This document shows, one piece after another, positions 10,376 to 17,359 of a stretch of 32,000 bases of DNA. Under the pieces are notes generated by a model, which was not told where the DNA came from, did no database searches, and worked only from the letters and a program-made list of their open reading frames with translations. A program made the position numbers and the translations under genes. The DNA lies in the NCBI GenBank assembly GCA_030167145.1, contig CP126532.1, positions 2,010,001 through 2,042,000 of the forward strand, in the 5' to 3' direction. The DNA comes from Ktedonobacterales bacterium. GTDB lineage: Bacteria; Chloroflexota; Ktedonobacteria; Ktedonobacterales; JADMIN01. Position 1 is the stretch's first letter. Each line of letters begins with the position of its first letter.

Positions 10376-10628
10376 AATGCCAACTCCTCTTCACAGGCAT
10401 CACACACATCCATACACTGACACGTCTCTTACAGGGATAACGATTAGCAACCAGAAAAAGTTCCTCGGCACTTCACCTGTTGGACTACCTCGACGCTCGC
10501 GACAAGGATGTGTAGCTGTGGCAACACGTGACTTGGCGCACACTATCAAGCGATTAGATAGCAGCGGGCATACCTACGCATGATACACTAGGTGCAGATG
10601 AACAGCACATTTGCTGGGGAGGCGCCCT

Positions 10629-10949
10629 ATGTCGCACCAGATGAATATCACCCTTACCGATGAGGAATATGCGGAACTGGCGGCAGAAGCTGGAAGAGCG
10701 GGCAAACCTGTCGAGTCTGTCGCACATGATATGCTCGCGCAACGTTTGCGAACCTCAGCGCCCGGACAACAGGGAATGACAGCTCGTGCGTTCCTGGAGC
10801 GACAATATCGTGACGGAAAAGTGCTGAATCTCCCGGTGGCGCAACAGTCCACATCAGCGGAAGAAGCGGAACGAGAACGGCTGGCACAGATCTTCGCTCA
10901 AGGCAAACCTGCTTCCGAGATGGTCATCGAAGATCGTGGGCCGCGCTGA
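10629..10949 (+). CDS. Putative antitoxin of the downstream PIN toxin (106 aa, MSHQMNITLTDEEYAELAAEA...)
   Basis: ATG at 10629 with GGGGAGG 7 nt upstream. Its stop TGA overlaps the toxin ATG by 1 nt (10947-10951). The C-terminal SEMVIEDRGPR resembles C-termini of VapB-type antitoxins I recall from Chloroflexi and cyanobacteria. A 106-aa paralog lies at 15807-16127. Confidence 0.65.
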   Translation: MSHQMNITLTDEEYAELAAEAGRAGKPVESVAHDMLAQRLRTSAPGQQGMTARAFLERQYRDGKVLNLPVAQQSTSAEEAERERLAQIFAQGKPASEMVIEDRGPR

Positions 10950-11413
10950 TGGGCGTGTATGCTTTGGATACCTCAGCCATTGTGAAACGATATATAGCCG
11001 AGTCAGGTCATGCCTGGACGGTAACATTATGCGACCCGTCACATGCCCATGTGCTGTACATCACCCAAGCGGCATTGGTCGAGGTAGTCGCGACATTCTG
11101 CCGAAAAGCACGTGAGGCAAATATCAGCGTGGCCGAGCGAGATCGCCTCATTGCTGAGTTTCGCAAAGATTGTACCGGCAACTTCGCCGTTATCCCGGTT
11201 ACAACCAACATCTATACGCGCGCAGGCGATTTGTGCCAAATACATGCCTTGCGGGCTTATGATGCTGTGCAACTCGCTTGTGTGCTTTCTCTGCGTGATG
11301 ATGCACTGGCGCTTGGTGCGCCGCTGCCAACGTTTGTCTGCGCTGACAATGATCTTCTCAGCTTTGCAAAAATCGAAGGGCTAAACACCGAGAATCCAAA
11401 CATATATCCGTGA
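10949..11413 (+). CDS. vapC: PIN-domain ribonuclease toxin (VapC-like)
   Basis: 154 aa. The N-terminal YALDTSAIVKRYIAE contains the first PIN acidic residue, with later acidic positions (ALVEV.., AYDAVQLA.., CADNDL). It is translationally coupled to the upstream small ORF. Confidence 0.85.
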   Translation: MGVYALDTSAIVKRYIAESGHAWTVTLCDPSHAHVLYITQAALVEVVATFCRKAREANISVAERDRLIAEFRKDCTGNFAVIPVTTNIYTRAGDLCQIHALRAYDAVQLACVLSLRDDALALGAPLPTFVCADNDLLSFAKIEGLNTENPNIYP

Positions 11414-11473
11414 TAACTGCCCCACCCGCCGTCGGCGTTGCCGCATCGGCCTGGCAAACATTCGCGCGCACAA

Positions 11474-11806
11474 TCAACTAGTGCGGCGCACAGGCGTTTC
11501 GCCTTGTTCTTCGATCTCGTGCAATAACTGCTGTGTCTCGCGGACAATAACTTCTTCGGTCTCACCTGGAGCGTATGCGTGCGCATCGAAGAGCGCGGGC
11601 GCGGGCATCACATCTCCATGCTTGCTGGCGCTCGCGATGAGGTGTGTCAGCAAATCTTGCCCCTTCTGAGCGGCTTCCGCATACGTCTCGCCATGCGTAT
11701 GGGCGAGATAGCCCAGGCGCTCCCATTCGGGAAACGAGGCGATGTAGGCATCGTCCAGATTTGACCACTCTATCAAAATTGAATAGCGCACCTGCTGTTC
11801 GCTCAT
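11474..11806 (-). CDS. HicB-like (UPF0150/HicB_lk_antitox) protein
   Basis: YSILIEWSNLDDAYIASFPEWERLGYLAHTHGETYAEAAQKGQDLLTHLIASASKHGDVMPAP matches the HicB N-terminal fold pattern (..w..ed..y.a..Pe..g....GeT.eEA.....e.l..w.......G..iP.P). CGGAGG SD lies upstream. No HicA-sized partner is present. Confidence 0.75.
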   Translation of the reverse strand: MSEQQVRYSILIEWSNLDDAYIASFPEWERLGYLAHTHGETYAEAAQKGQDLLTHLIASASKHGDVMPAPALFDAHAYAPGETEEVIVRETQQLLHEIEEQGETPVRRTS

Positions 11807-11916
11807 GGCTGTTGCCTCCGTTTTGCCTCTGCTATCCGCCGCAACAGATCGCGCACCTGTTTTTCTTGATCAGGCCAGATGTGTTCGATCTGCTCTAGTT
11901 CACTGGTTCGCATCAT
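11803..11916 (-). CDS. Small ORF (37 aa, MMRTSELEQIEHIWPDQEKQVRDLLRRIAEAKRRQQP) translationally coupled to the HicB-like gene
   Basis: GGAAGGAG lies 5 nt upstream of the ATGATG. Its stop overlaps the HicB-like ATG (ATGA at 11803-11806). The peptide is predicted to be a charged helix. No family recognised. Confidence 0.4.
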   Translation of the reverse strand: MMRTSELEQIEHIWPDQEKQVRDLLRRIAEAKRRQQP

Positions 11917-11947
11917 CTCACTCCTTCCACTTTCTTTTCCTATTCCA

Positions 11948-13072
11948 TTATTGTGTGACGCCGCTCGCGCTGGACTGCGAGATACTCCGTACTGTGCCGG
12001 TGACCGCGCCGCCGCTGGAGACACGGAGCGAGATGTTGATGTCGAGTTGCCCTTGCGCGCCGGTGAGGTGTGCCGTCATTCGCAGCCGCCCGTCATCGCC
12101 GCGCAGGGATGTCACCTGCCCCTGATAGAGCGCGGGCGTGGCGGAGGTTCCCAGCGAGACGGACGTGCTTGCCACCGATAACTGGCCAGTATCTCCCGAC
12201 GCCTGGCCCTGCAATTGAATGTCGAGCACGCCCGACGCGCCGTTCGAGAGCGTGCCTTTGATCTCCATCGTGGTGTTGCCGCTGGCGTCGCTGCTCTGTT
12301 GGGTTAGCGTCCCCTGGAACGATGCGGTGAATGGTGATGCGAATGCCGCACTCGCATTGCCCGCGCTCGCCGGTGATTGGGCTGCCCCCGCCGCCAGCGC
12401 TACTCGCGCGCCGCTGCCCTGGTCGTTGTTCGCCGAGGCATTCCAACCTGGGCGCAGCGGACCCAGCGCCGTCCAGACCAGCCCCACCAGCAGCGCCGCG
12501 CCGGTCGCCATCGCCAGCACGGGATGCCCACGCCCCTGGGGTGTCGAGGGTTGCAGCAGCCGCGCCAGCAACAGCCAGCCGACGAGCAGCACGCTTCCTC
12601 CATAGAGCAGCACGCCCCACCAGGTGCGCGTGTCGCTGCCGGTGCCCAGCCCATGCACTGTCACCAGGGCGAAACAGCCGAGCGTCAGCACGTGGAGGCG
12701 TCGCCACACGGTATAGCCGATGATGGGCCGCAGCCAGGTGCTGAGGCCAATCGCCAGCCCCAGATAGAGGGCCACGATACCCAGCGCCATCCAGAACGGG
12801 CGATAGTGGCTTACGAAGGGTAGAAACACCTCGCTCCATCCGAAGCGGGTGAAGGGATCTACCCACACAGCCAGCACATGCACACCCACGAAGATGAGGC
12901 TCAGCAATGTGAGAAAGTTGTGTAATTCGCTATTCAAGATTCGCGGCCAGCGTGGCGACTGCCAGCGCAGGGTCAGCGCCAGTCCCAACGCTACCGAGAG
13001 CGTGAGCAGCACGTATGCGGTAAAGCCGCCCGCGCGGGCCACATCCCAGGTGACCGCACCCCATCCGGTCAT
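11948..13072 (-). CDS. Ferric-reductase-like (MsrQ/YedZ-type, di-heme) six-TM protein with a about 170-aa Ser/Gly/Thr/Gln-rich C-terminal domain
   Basis: Six hydrophobic helices carry the conserved His positions (FVGVHVLAVWVD, LVTVHGLGTG) typical of the Ferric_reduct TM domain. The C-terminal half (..FQGTLTQQSSDASGNTTMEIKGTLSNGASGVLDIQLQGQ..) looks beta-rich. The start overlaps the ApbE stop (ATGA at 13069-13072). Confidence 0.8.
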   Translation of the reverse strand: MTGWGAVTWDVARAGGFTAYVLLTLSVALGLALTLRWQSPRWPRILNSELHNFLTLLSLIFVGVHVLAVWVDPFTRFGWSEVFLPFVSHYRPFWMALGIVALYLGLAIGLSTWLRPIIGYTVWRRLHVLTLGCFALVTVHGLGTGSDTRTWWGVLLYGGSVLLVGWLLLARLLQPSTPQGRGHPVLAMATGAALLVGLVWTALGPLRPGWNASANNDQGSGARVALAAGAAQSPASAGNASAAFASPFTASFQGTLTQQSSDASGNTTMEIKGTLSNGASGVLDIQLQGQASGDTGQLSVASTSVSLGTSATPALYQGQVTSLRGDDGRLRMTAHLTGAQGQLDINISLRVSSGGAVTGTVRSISQSSASGVTQ

Positions 13073-14073
13073 ATGCTCGCTCCTATCGTGTGTCTATCTT
13101 CGCTCTGCCAATCCGCTGGCCATGCGCCTATCGCGCGCCAGGAGCCGTCGAGAGCGATCAGCAGGCCCGGCAACCCGTGCGTGTGTAAGAATGCGCTGCC
13201 TTGCTCGCGCCCCAGGATGAAGGCAACCTTCGCGGCCACTTCCGCCTGTTCGCAGCGGTCGGCAACTACGCTCGCCGACCAGAGGCCACTGGCGCTGGGT
13301 TGCCCGGTACGCGGATCGAGCAGATGGTGGCGCTGTATGCCGCCCTGCCGCCATCGCCGCCGCGCGATGCCCGAAGTTGCCAGCGCACCGTGTTGTAGCG
13401 GCAGCGTCCGGCGGGTGGGGACTCCCGCGATGGCGATGGGCCAGGCATCGCCTGTGGGTGGCAGCCCCAGCACGGCCAGGTCGCCGCCCGCGTTGACGAG
13501 GGCTGAAGTGATGCCACGCTTGCGAAGCCGGGCAACCGTCGCGTCTACCGCCATGCCCTTGGCGATGCCGCCGAAGTCTAGCCCGGCGCCCGGTGGCAAT
13601 GTCACGCGACGGTGTTGCTGGTCTACCGTGATGGCACGCCAGCCGCCAGTGGTCAGCGTAAGGTATGCGGGCAGCGTACCCGGCGCATCGGCGGACAGGT
13701 CATCGAAGGAACGGTCGTAGCCGACTGCAATCATCGCATGTAGCAGCGTCGGATCGTAGAGGCCGCGCGTGGCTGAGGCTGCGGCGAGCGCTGTCGTCAG
13801 CACCTTCAACAGCAGCGCGCTGACGACTACGGTCTCGCCTGCTCGCGCATTCAGCCGCGATAGCTCGCTCTCTGGACGAAAGCGGCTCAGCGTCTCTTCC
13901 CATTCGGCGAAGAGCGCCCGCGCCTCAGCCGTGCCCTCGTCACGGTGTTCGGCGGGCAGCAGCAATGAGACGGTAGTGCCCATCGCCGCGAACTCCGTAT
14001 GCGCCAGCCCAGGTGGTGTCTCGAAGGTCCAGCCAGGATGCGTATGCTGCGTATTCATGGATTGGTGGCTCAC
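13069..14073 (-). CDS. apbE: FAD:protein FMN transferase ApbE
   Basis: ApbE motifs FAAMGTTVSLLL, LYDPT, LDFGGIAKGMAVD, LVNAGGDLAV and LATSGIARRRW. I place the start at GTG 14073, which overlaps the upstream gene stop as GTGA. The alternative is ATG 14058 (MNTQHTHPG). The 505-aa version in the ORF track is rejected. Confidence 0.88.
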   Translation of the reverse strand: MSHQSMNTQHTHPGWTFETPPGLAHTEFAAMGTTVSLLLPAEHRDEGTAEARALFAEWEETLSRFRPESELSRLNARAGETVVVSALLLKVLTTALAAASATRGLYDPTLLHAMIAVGYDRSFDDLSADAPGTLPAYLTLTTGGWRAITVDQQHRRVTLPPGAGLDFGGIAKGMAVDATVARLRKRGITSALVNAGGDLAVLGLPPTGDAWPIAIAGVPTRRTLPLQHGALATSGIARRRWRQGGIQRHHLLDPRTGQPSASGLWSASVVADRCEQAEVAAKVAFILGREQGSAFLHTHGLPGLLIALDGSWRAIGAWPADWQSEDRHTIGASI

Positions 14074-14510
14074 GATGAACTGGAACCGGAAACGGGCGAT
14101 TGGCCCGAACCACCTGATCCAATGCCGAACCCGCCGGGTTGTTGCTGGAAGAAGTTGCCGCCATCGTCGTTGTTTTGTTGCGATGGTGTGGCCTGCGCGG
14201 GACTTGCGGAGGTGGTGTTGGTGACGCCGACGGCATGGCTGGCGGCTAGCCCCGCCAGCGTGGCGAAGCCCGCCAGCGATACCGCGACGCTCCAGCGTTT
14301 GAGCCGCCGCAGCAGCGTGAGCGCCTGATCTTTGGGCATGCGCTGCGGTGGCGTGGGGGTCTGCTGTTGGGCGCGTGGGGGTAGCGGGTTGCGCGGATAG
14401 TAGGGATACTGTGGCGGCGCATTGCTGCTGCTTTTCAGGGCATCTTCCGCGCGTGCTTGTGGTGGCAAAGGCGGCATATTGGACATGTTCGACGGTGGTG
14501 GTGTTGACAT
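14070..14510 (-). CDS. Pro-rich single-pass membrane protein (146 aa), first gene of the ApbE operon
   Basis: ATG at 14510 (MSTPPPSNMSNMPPLPPQ...) with GAGGAG 7 nt upstream. It has one TM helix (WSVAVSLAGFATLAGLAA) and a Gly/Ser/Gln-rich tail. It lies in a different frame from the spurious ApbE 5' extension. Confidence 0.6.
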   Translation of the reverse strand: MSTPPPSNMSNMPPLPPQARAEDALKSSSNAPPQYPYYPRNPLPPRAQQQTPTPPQRMPKDQALTLLRRLKRWSVAVSLAGFATLAGLAASHAVGVTNTTSASPAQATPSQQNNDDGGNFFQQQPGGFGIGSGGSGQSPVSGSSSS

Positions 14511-14612
14511 CGCACGCTCCTCGTAACTTGTTGTGCGCATTGTATTGGGAACGTTCCCAGGCAGTATGGTCAAATAGAGCCATCACTTGCCATCGCTCCC
14601 GTTGTCCCTGCC

Positions 14613-14641
14613 TTGACGTATGCCTGCCTAACGTCTATACT
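14613..14641 (+). promoter_or_regulatory. Sigma-70-type promoter candidate TTGACG-17 nt-TATACT
   Basis: -35 TTGACG at 14613-14618, an exact 17-nt spacer and -10 TATACT at 14636-14641. It sits in a 386-nt gap between two minus-strand genes. The same TTGACG/TAnACT architecture is seen upstream of tRNA-Glu (27679-27708). Confidence 0.45.
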
Positions 14642-14647
14642 GGTCGC

Positions 14648-14785
14648 TGTGAGTCCAAGCCGTCTCTGCGGAGACGAAGCACCCGAGGACTTCCGAACGT
14701 AGTCCCGAAGGCCGCAAGGCGACGGGATAGAGGCCGTTGTAGTTCGGCCTACGTGACGGCTTCGGCCGGTTCATGCGGACCACAA
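14648..14785 (+). ncRNA. Candidate structured non-coding RNA of unknown class (3' end undefined, may extend to about 14895)
   Basis: It starts about 7 nt after the -10 box. Hairpins: CGUCUC-UGCG-GAGACG (14661-14676) nested in AGUCC/GGACU (14652-56/14687-91); GCC-GCAA-GGC (14711-20) nested in UCCCG/CGGGA (14703-07/14723-27); GGCCG/CGGCC (14732-36/14745-49); CGGC-UUCG-GCCG (14757-68); GUUC-AUGC-GGAC (14769-80). ACGUAG/CUACGU (14697-702/14749-54) closes a three-way junction. The UNCG/GNRA/UUCG loops have C-G closing pairs only on the plus strand. Confidence 0.4.
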
Positions 14786-14896
14786 GCACAGGCAGAGATG
14801 TCTATGCTGGCGGATACTATATCAGGACTATTACATCCTGGGATAAAGAATTACTGAGAGGAGCGTGTGAAGTTTCTCATTTGTCGGCTTTTGTCG

Positions 14897-15658
14897 CTAT
14901 GCGAAGGAGAGTTGTCCGAGGCTACAGCGCCCGCAGGCGCGAAATCCCGCTGCTTCGGCCTCCGCTGGCGAGGCGAAGAAGCGCGCAGGAGCATCGTGAT
15001 AGCGCCGCGCGATTTCGCAGGTGGGGCGGCAGTAGGTGTGGGTGGGGCGCACGCCCAGCAGCAGCGATCCGCCGTAGCGCGACGCTACGCGCTCGACCCA
15101 CGCCTCGTACTCTGCCGCCGTAGCGGGAATCGCGCCCTCCATGGCCAGCAGCAGGCGCTTGAGCGGCAACCCCGGACCATAGCCTGTCAGGCTGCCATTG
15201 CTGCCGACGATGCGATGGCATGGGACGAGCGGCGCGACGGGATTCGCCCCGTTCGCCGCGCCCACAGCCCGCGTCGCCGCTGGCGCGGAAAGCTCGCGCG
15301 CGATCTCGCCATAAGAGCGTGTCTCGCCGTAGGAAACCGCCGCTACCGTGCGCCATGCTTGCTGGAAGAACGTCGGCCCTTGCGGGTCCAGCGCGACGGT
15401 GAATTGCTGGCGCTCGCCGTCGAAATACTCGGCCAACTCGCGTAGCGTCTGCGAAAGGTGTCGCATTGCTGCCATATCGTCCATGATTTCCGCGAAATAG
15501 CTGGCTTTCCGCTGTTTCCCTGGCTGCGTGCCTTCGCGCCATTCCGGCAGATGCACTTCGCGCACCCCCGCCGCCGACGCTAGCACCTGCGTCGTGCCCG
15601 CCCACGAGATCACGCTGCCCCTGGCTAGTCGCTGCGCTTGCGTTGTGTGCGTCGCCAT
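14897..15658 (-). CDS. Methylated-DNA-protein-cysteine methyltransferase (Ogt/MGMT) with C-terminal Ada-type Cys4 zinc domain
   Basis: MGMT active site LVPCHRIVGSNGSLTGYG with the preceding SYGEIA..AVGAANGANP helix-turn-wing. The C-terminal YCRPTCEIARRYHDAPARFFASPAEAEAAGFRACGRCS matches E. coli Ada N-domain FCRPSC...FYANASEALAAGFRPCKRC. The ATG at 15658 (MATHTTQ) is preferred, with GGGAG 8-9 nt upstream. The ORF track starts at 15673. Confidence 0.88.
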   Translation of the reverse strand: MATHTTQAQRLARGSVISWAGTTQVLASAAGVREVHLPEWREGTQPGKQRKASYFAEIMDDMAAMRHLSQTLRELAEYFDGERQQFTVALDPQGPTFFQQAWRTVAAVSYGETRSYGEIARELSAPAATRAVGAANGANPVAPLVPCHRIVGSNGSLTGYGPGLPLKRLLLAMEGAIPATAAEYEAWVERVASRYGGSLLLGVRPTHTYCRPTCEIARRYHDAPARFFASPAEAEAAGFRACGRCSLGQLSFA

Positions 15659-15748
15659 CGTCTTCGCTCCCATTCGCTTATTCTCGCTATTGCTCTATGT
15701 GATGTATAACACCGCTACCAATGAGCGCGTTGCGGAAGGGAGCAAGAA

Positions 15749-15847
15749 ATGGTGAACGGGCCAGCGCTATACGTCTTGTGTGGGTTGCCATTCGCTGGCA
15801 AAAGCATTACTCGTCGGCATGGGAATCCATCGCCTCCTCAGCAATAA
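15749..15847 (+). pseudogene. Possible remnant of a P-loop kinase/AAA_33-like gene (32 codons then stop)
   Basis: GGAAGGGAG SD, then ATG at 15749. The translation is MVNGPALYVLCGLPFAGKSITRRHGNPSPPQQ*, containing an exact Walker A G-x4-GKS at the position usual for small nucleotide kinases. The frame ends inside the convergent gene at 15807-16127, and no continuation is seen in other frames. Confidence 0.25.
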
Positions 15848-16127
15848 TCTCATCGTGTTGGTCTGCCCATCCTGGTTGGCCACTAGCAGCGATGCCTATC
15901 GCTCGCAAAAGCGGACTCTCGCGCAGCTCATCATCGGTCGGCTGCGTGACCTCTGGACCCAAAGCGGCCCATCGCGCACGCGCCGCCTCAAGGCTGAGCG
16001 GGTCCGCATCGGCTAGCGTCTGGCGCAACCACTCACGAAAAAGCTCCTCAGGCGTGCGTTCTTGTCGCTGTGCCGCCTGTTGCAGTTGGACATACTCTTC
16101 ATCTGTCAGGGTGAATACATGGCTCAT
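15807..16127 (-). CDS. Orphan antitoxin-like protein (106 aa), paralog of 10629-10949
   Basis: ATG at 16127 (MSHVFTLTDEEYVQLQQAAQRQERTPEELFREWL...) with GGAAGGAGAG 6 nt upstream. It shares the MSH..TLTDEEY..L..A pattern, the same length and an acidic I-I-x-E-E tail with the VapC-linked antitoxin. The longer 153-aa version would begin inside the sigma-factor terminator. Confidence 0.6.
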   Translation of the reverse strand: MSHVFTLTDEEYVQLQQAAQRQERTPEELFREWLRQTLADADPLSLEAARARWAALGPEVTQPTDDELRESPLLRAIGIAASGQPGWADQHDEIIAEEAMDSHADE

Positions 16128-16246
16128 AGCGCACTCTCCTTCCAGCGGCCCTGAAGCGCCCGATAGATACCTCTGAAACAGGTCGTTGCCAGTGGCAGCA
16201 TAGCACACTGCTCGTTCGTGCTGCCGGACTCGCACAGTGAGCGCGC

Positions 16247-16278
16247 ATAGAAAAAGGGCGGGCACCATGTGCCCGCCC
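16247..16278 (-). terminator. Rho-independent terminator of the sigma factor gene
   Basis: On the minus strand: GGGCGGGCAC-AUG-GUGCCCGCCC (10-bp perfect GC-rich stem, 16256-16278) followed by UUUUUCUAU. It lies 26 nt after the stop codon at 16304. Confidence 0.8.
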
Positions 16279-16303
16279 TTGCAATTATTGTCGTTCGTTC
16301 GCG

Positions 16304-17359
16304 CTAGACGACTTCGCGCATGGATTGGCCGGTGGTGGCGGCGCGCAGCTTGGCCAGCGCCACCATCTCAAGCTGACGCACTCGTTCGCGCGAGATGCCC
16401 AGTTCTTTGCCGACCTCTAGCAGTGTGCGGCTGCGACCATCACCGATGCCGTAGCGCAGGATGACCACGGACTTCTCGCGCTGGGTGAGTTGCCCTAGCG
16501 CCCGATGCAACTCTTCGCCGAGCAGATGCTGCGAAGCGATGTCGGCGGGGGCCTGGATACCGGGGTCTTCGAGGGTGTCGGAGAGGGCGAGGCGGTTGTC
16601 GGTATCGGCGGGGGCATCGAGCGAAACTGGCTGCTCTGTCACGTGCAGCAGGTCGTCCACATCTTCTACGGGCATACCTGCCGCTTCGGCGATCTGCGCG
16701 GGCAGTGGGTCGCCGCCGTTTTCCTGCGAAAGCTGTGAGGCGATGCGGCGCACCTTGCGCAGCCGCGTGGCCACATGCTCCGGCAGATGGATCAGGCGCG
16801 ATTGCTCGCCGGCGGCGCGGCTGATGGCCTGGCGAATCCACCAGGTGGCATAGGTGCCGAAGTGGCAGCCGCGACGCCAGTCGAATTTCTCGGCGGCGCG
16901 CATCAGCCCCATGTTGCCTTCCTGGATCAGGTCAATCAGCGGCACGCCAGAGTTGGTGTAGCGGCGCGCGATGGAGATGACCAGTCGCAGGTTGGCTTCG
17001 ATCAAACGACGGCGCGCCCGCGTATCACCTGCCTGTCCACGCTTGGCCAGGATAATCTCCTCATCGTGCGAGAGCAACGATAGCCCGCGAATATCATGGA
17101 GATAGCTTTGGAAGGCGTCTTCTGTGCCGTCTGCGCCGCCATAGAAGCCTGCGCCTTTGCCATAGAGCGCGTCTTCTTCTTCGGCGCTCAGCTTCTTTAG
17201 CTCTTCGTCGGTCGGCTCCACATCGTCCGATAGTGACGCATCCACTCCAGCGGATGGGGCTGTCGCCGTTGACAGCTCCCTGGTCAACTCGGCGCCGTCA
17301 AACACTTCCCGCAAAAGCCGCTCAGCGGTTCGGTCGAGGTCCGATTGTGTCATCGCCAT
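16304..17359 (-). CDS. Sigma-70 family RNA polymerase sigma factor (RpoD/SigA-like, group 1 or 2)
   Basis: Region 1.2/2: YLHDIRGLSLLSHDEEIILAKR, LIEANLRLVISIARRYTNSGVPLIDLIQEGNMGLMRAAEKFDWRRGCHFGTYATWWIRQAISRA. Region 3: IHLPEHVATRLRKV. Region 4: REKSVVILRYG..RTLLEVGKELGISRERVRQLEMVALAKLR. ATG at 17359 (MAMTQSDL) with GAGGAG 8 nt upstream. The ORF-track start at 17500 is unlikely. Confidence 0.9.
   Translation of the reverse strand: MAMTQSDLDRTAERLLREVFDGAELTRELSTATAPSAGVDASLSDDVEPTDEELKKLSAEEEDALYGKGAGFYGGADGTEDAFQSYLHDIRGLSLLSHDEEIILAKRGQAGDTRARRRLIEANLRLVISIARRYTNSGVPLIDLIQEGNMGLMRAAEKFDWRRGCHFGTYATWWIRQAISRAAGEQSRLIHLPEHVATRLRKVRRIASQLSQENGGDPLPAQIAEAAGMPVEDVDDLLHVTEQPVSLDAPADTDNRLALSDTLEDPGIQAPADIASQHLLGEELHRALGQLTQREKSVVILRYGIGDGRSRTLLEVGKELGISRERVRQLEMVALAKLRAATTGQSMREVV

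Noticed and set aside
13069-14586. 505-aa version of the ApbE ORF given by the ORF track.
   Set aside because: The first about 170 aa are Arg/Ala/His-rich and non-protein-like. They overlap a better SD-preceded ORF in another frame (14070-14510). ApbE homology begins only at FAAMGTT.
14648-14800. Identity of the structured RNA as SRP RNA, RNase P RNA, tmRNA, 6S RNA, or an FMN or other riboswitch (either strand).
   Set aside because: I could not find the conserved cores. Missing are GGAAGCAGCC next to a GNRA-capped 3-bp stem for SRP, GAGGAAAGUCC for RNase P, and a tRNA-like end plus tag ORF for tmRNA. 6S RNA would need a single long bulged hairpin, and RFN needs its conserved junction sequences. 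AAGCACAGGCAGAGAUG (14785-14800) only superficially resembles the SRP 3' strand.
14867-15445. 192-aa plus-strand ORF with a GAGAGGAG SD-like sequence before its GTG.
   Set aside because: It is entirely antisense to the well-supported Ogt-Ada gene, and its composition is Arg/Ala-rich. The SD-like purine run may instead belong to the 3' part of the candidate ncRNA.
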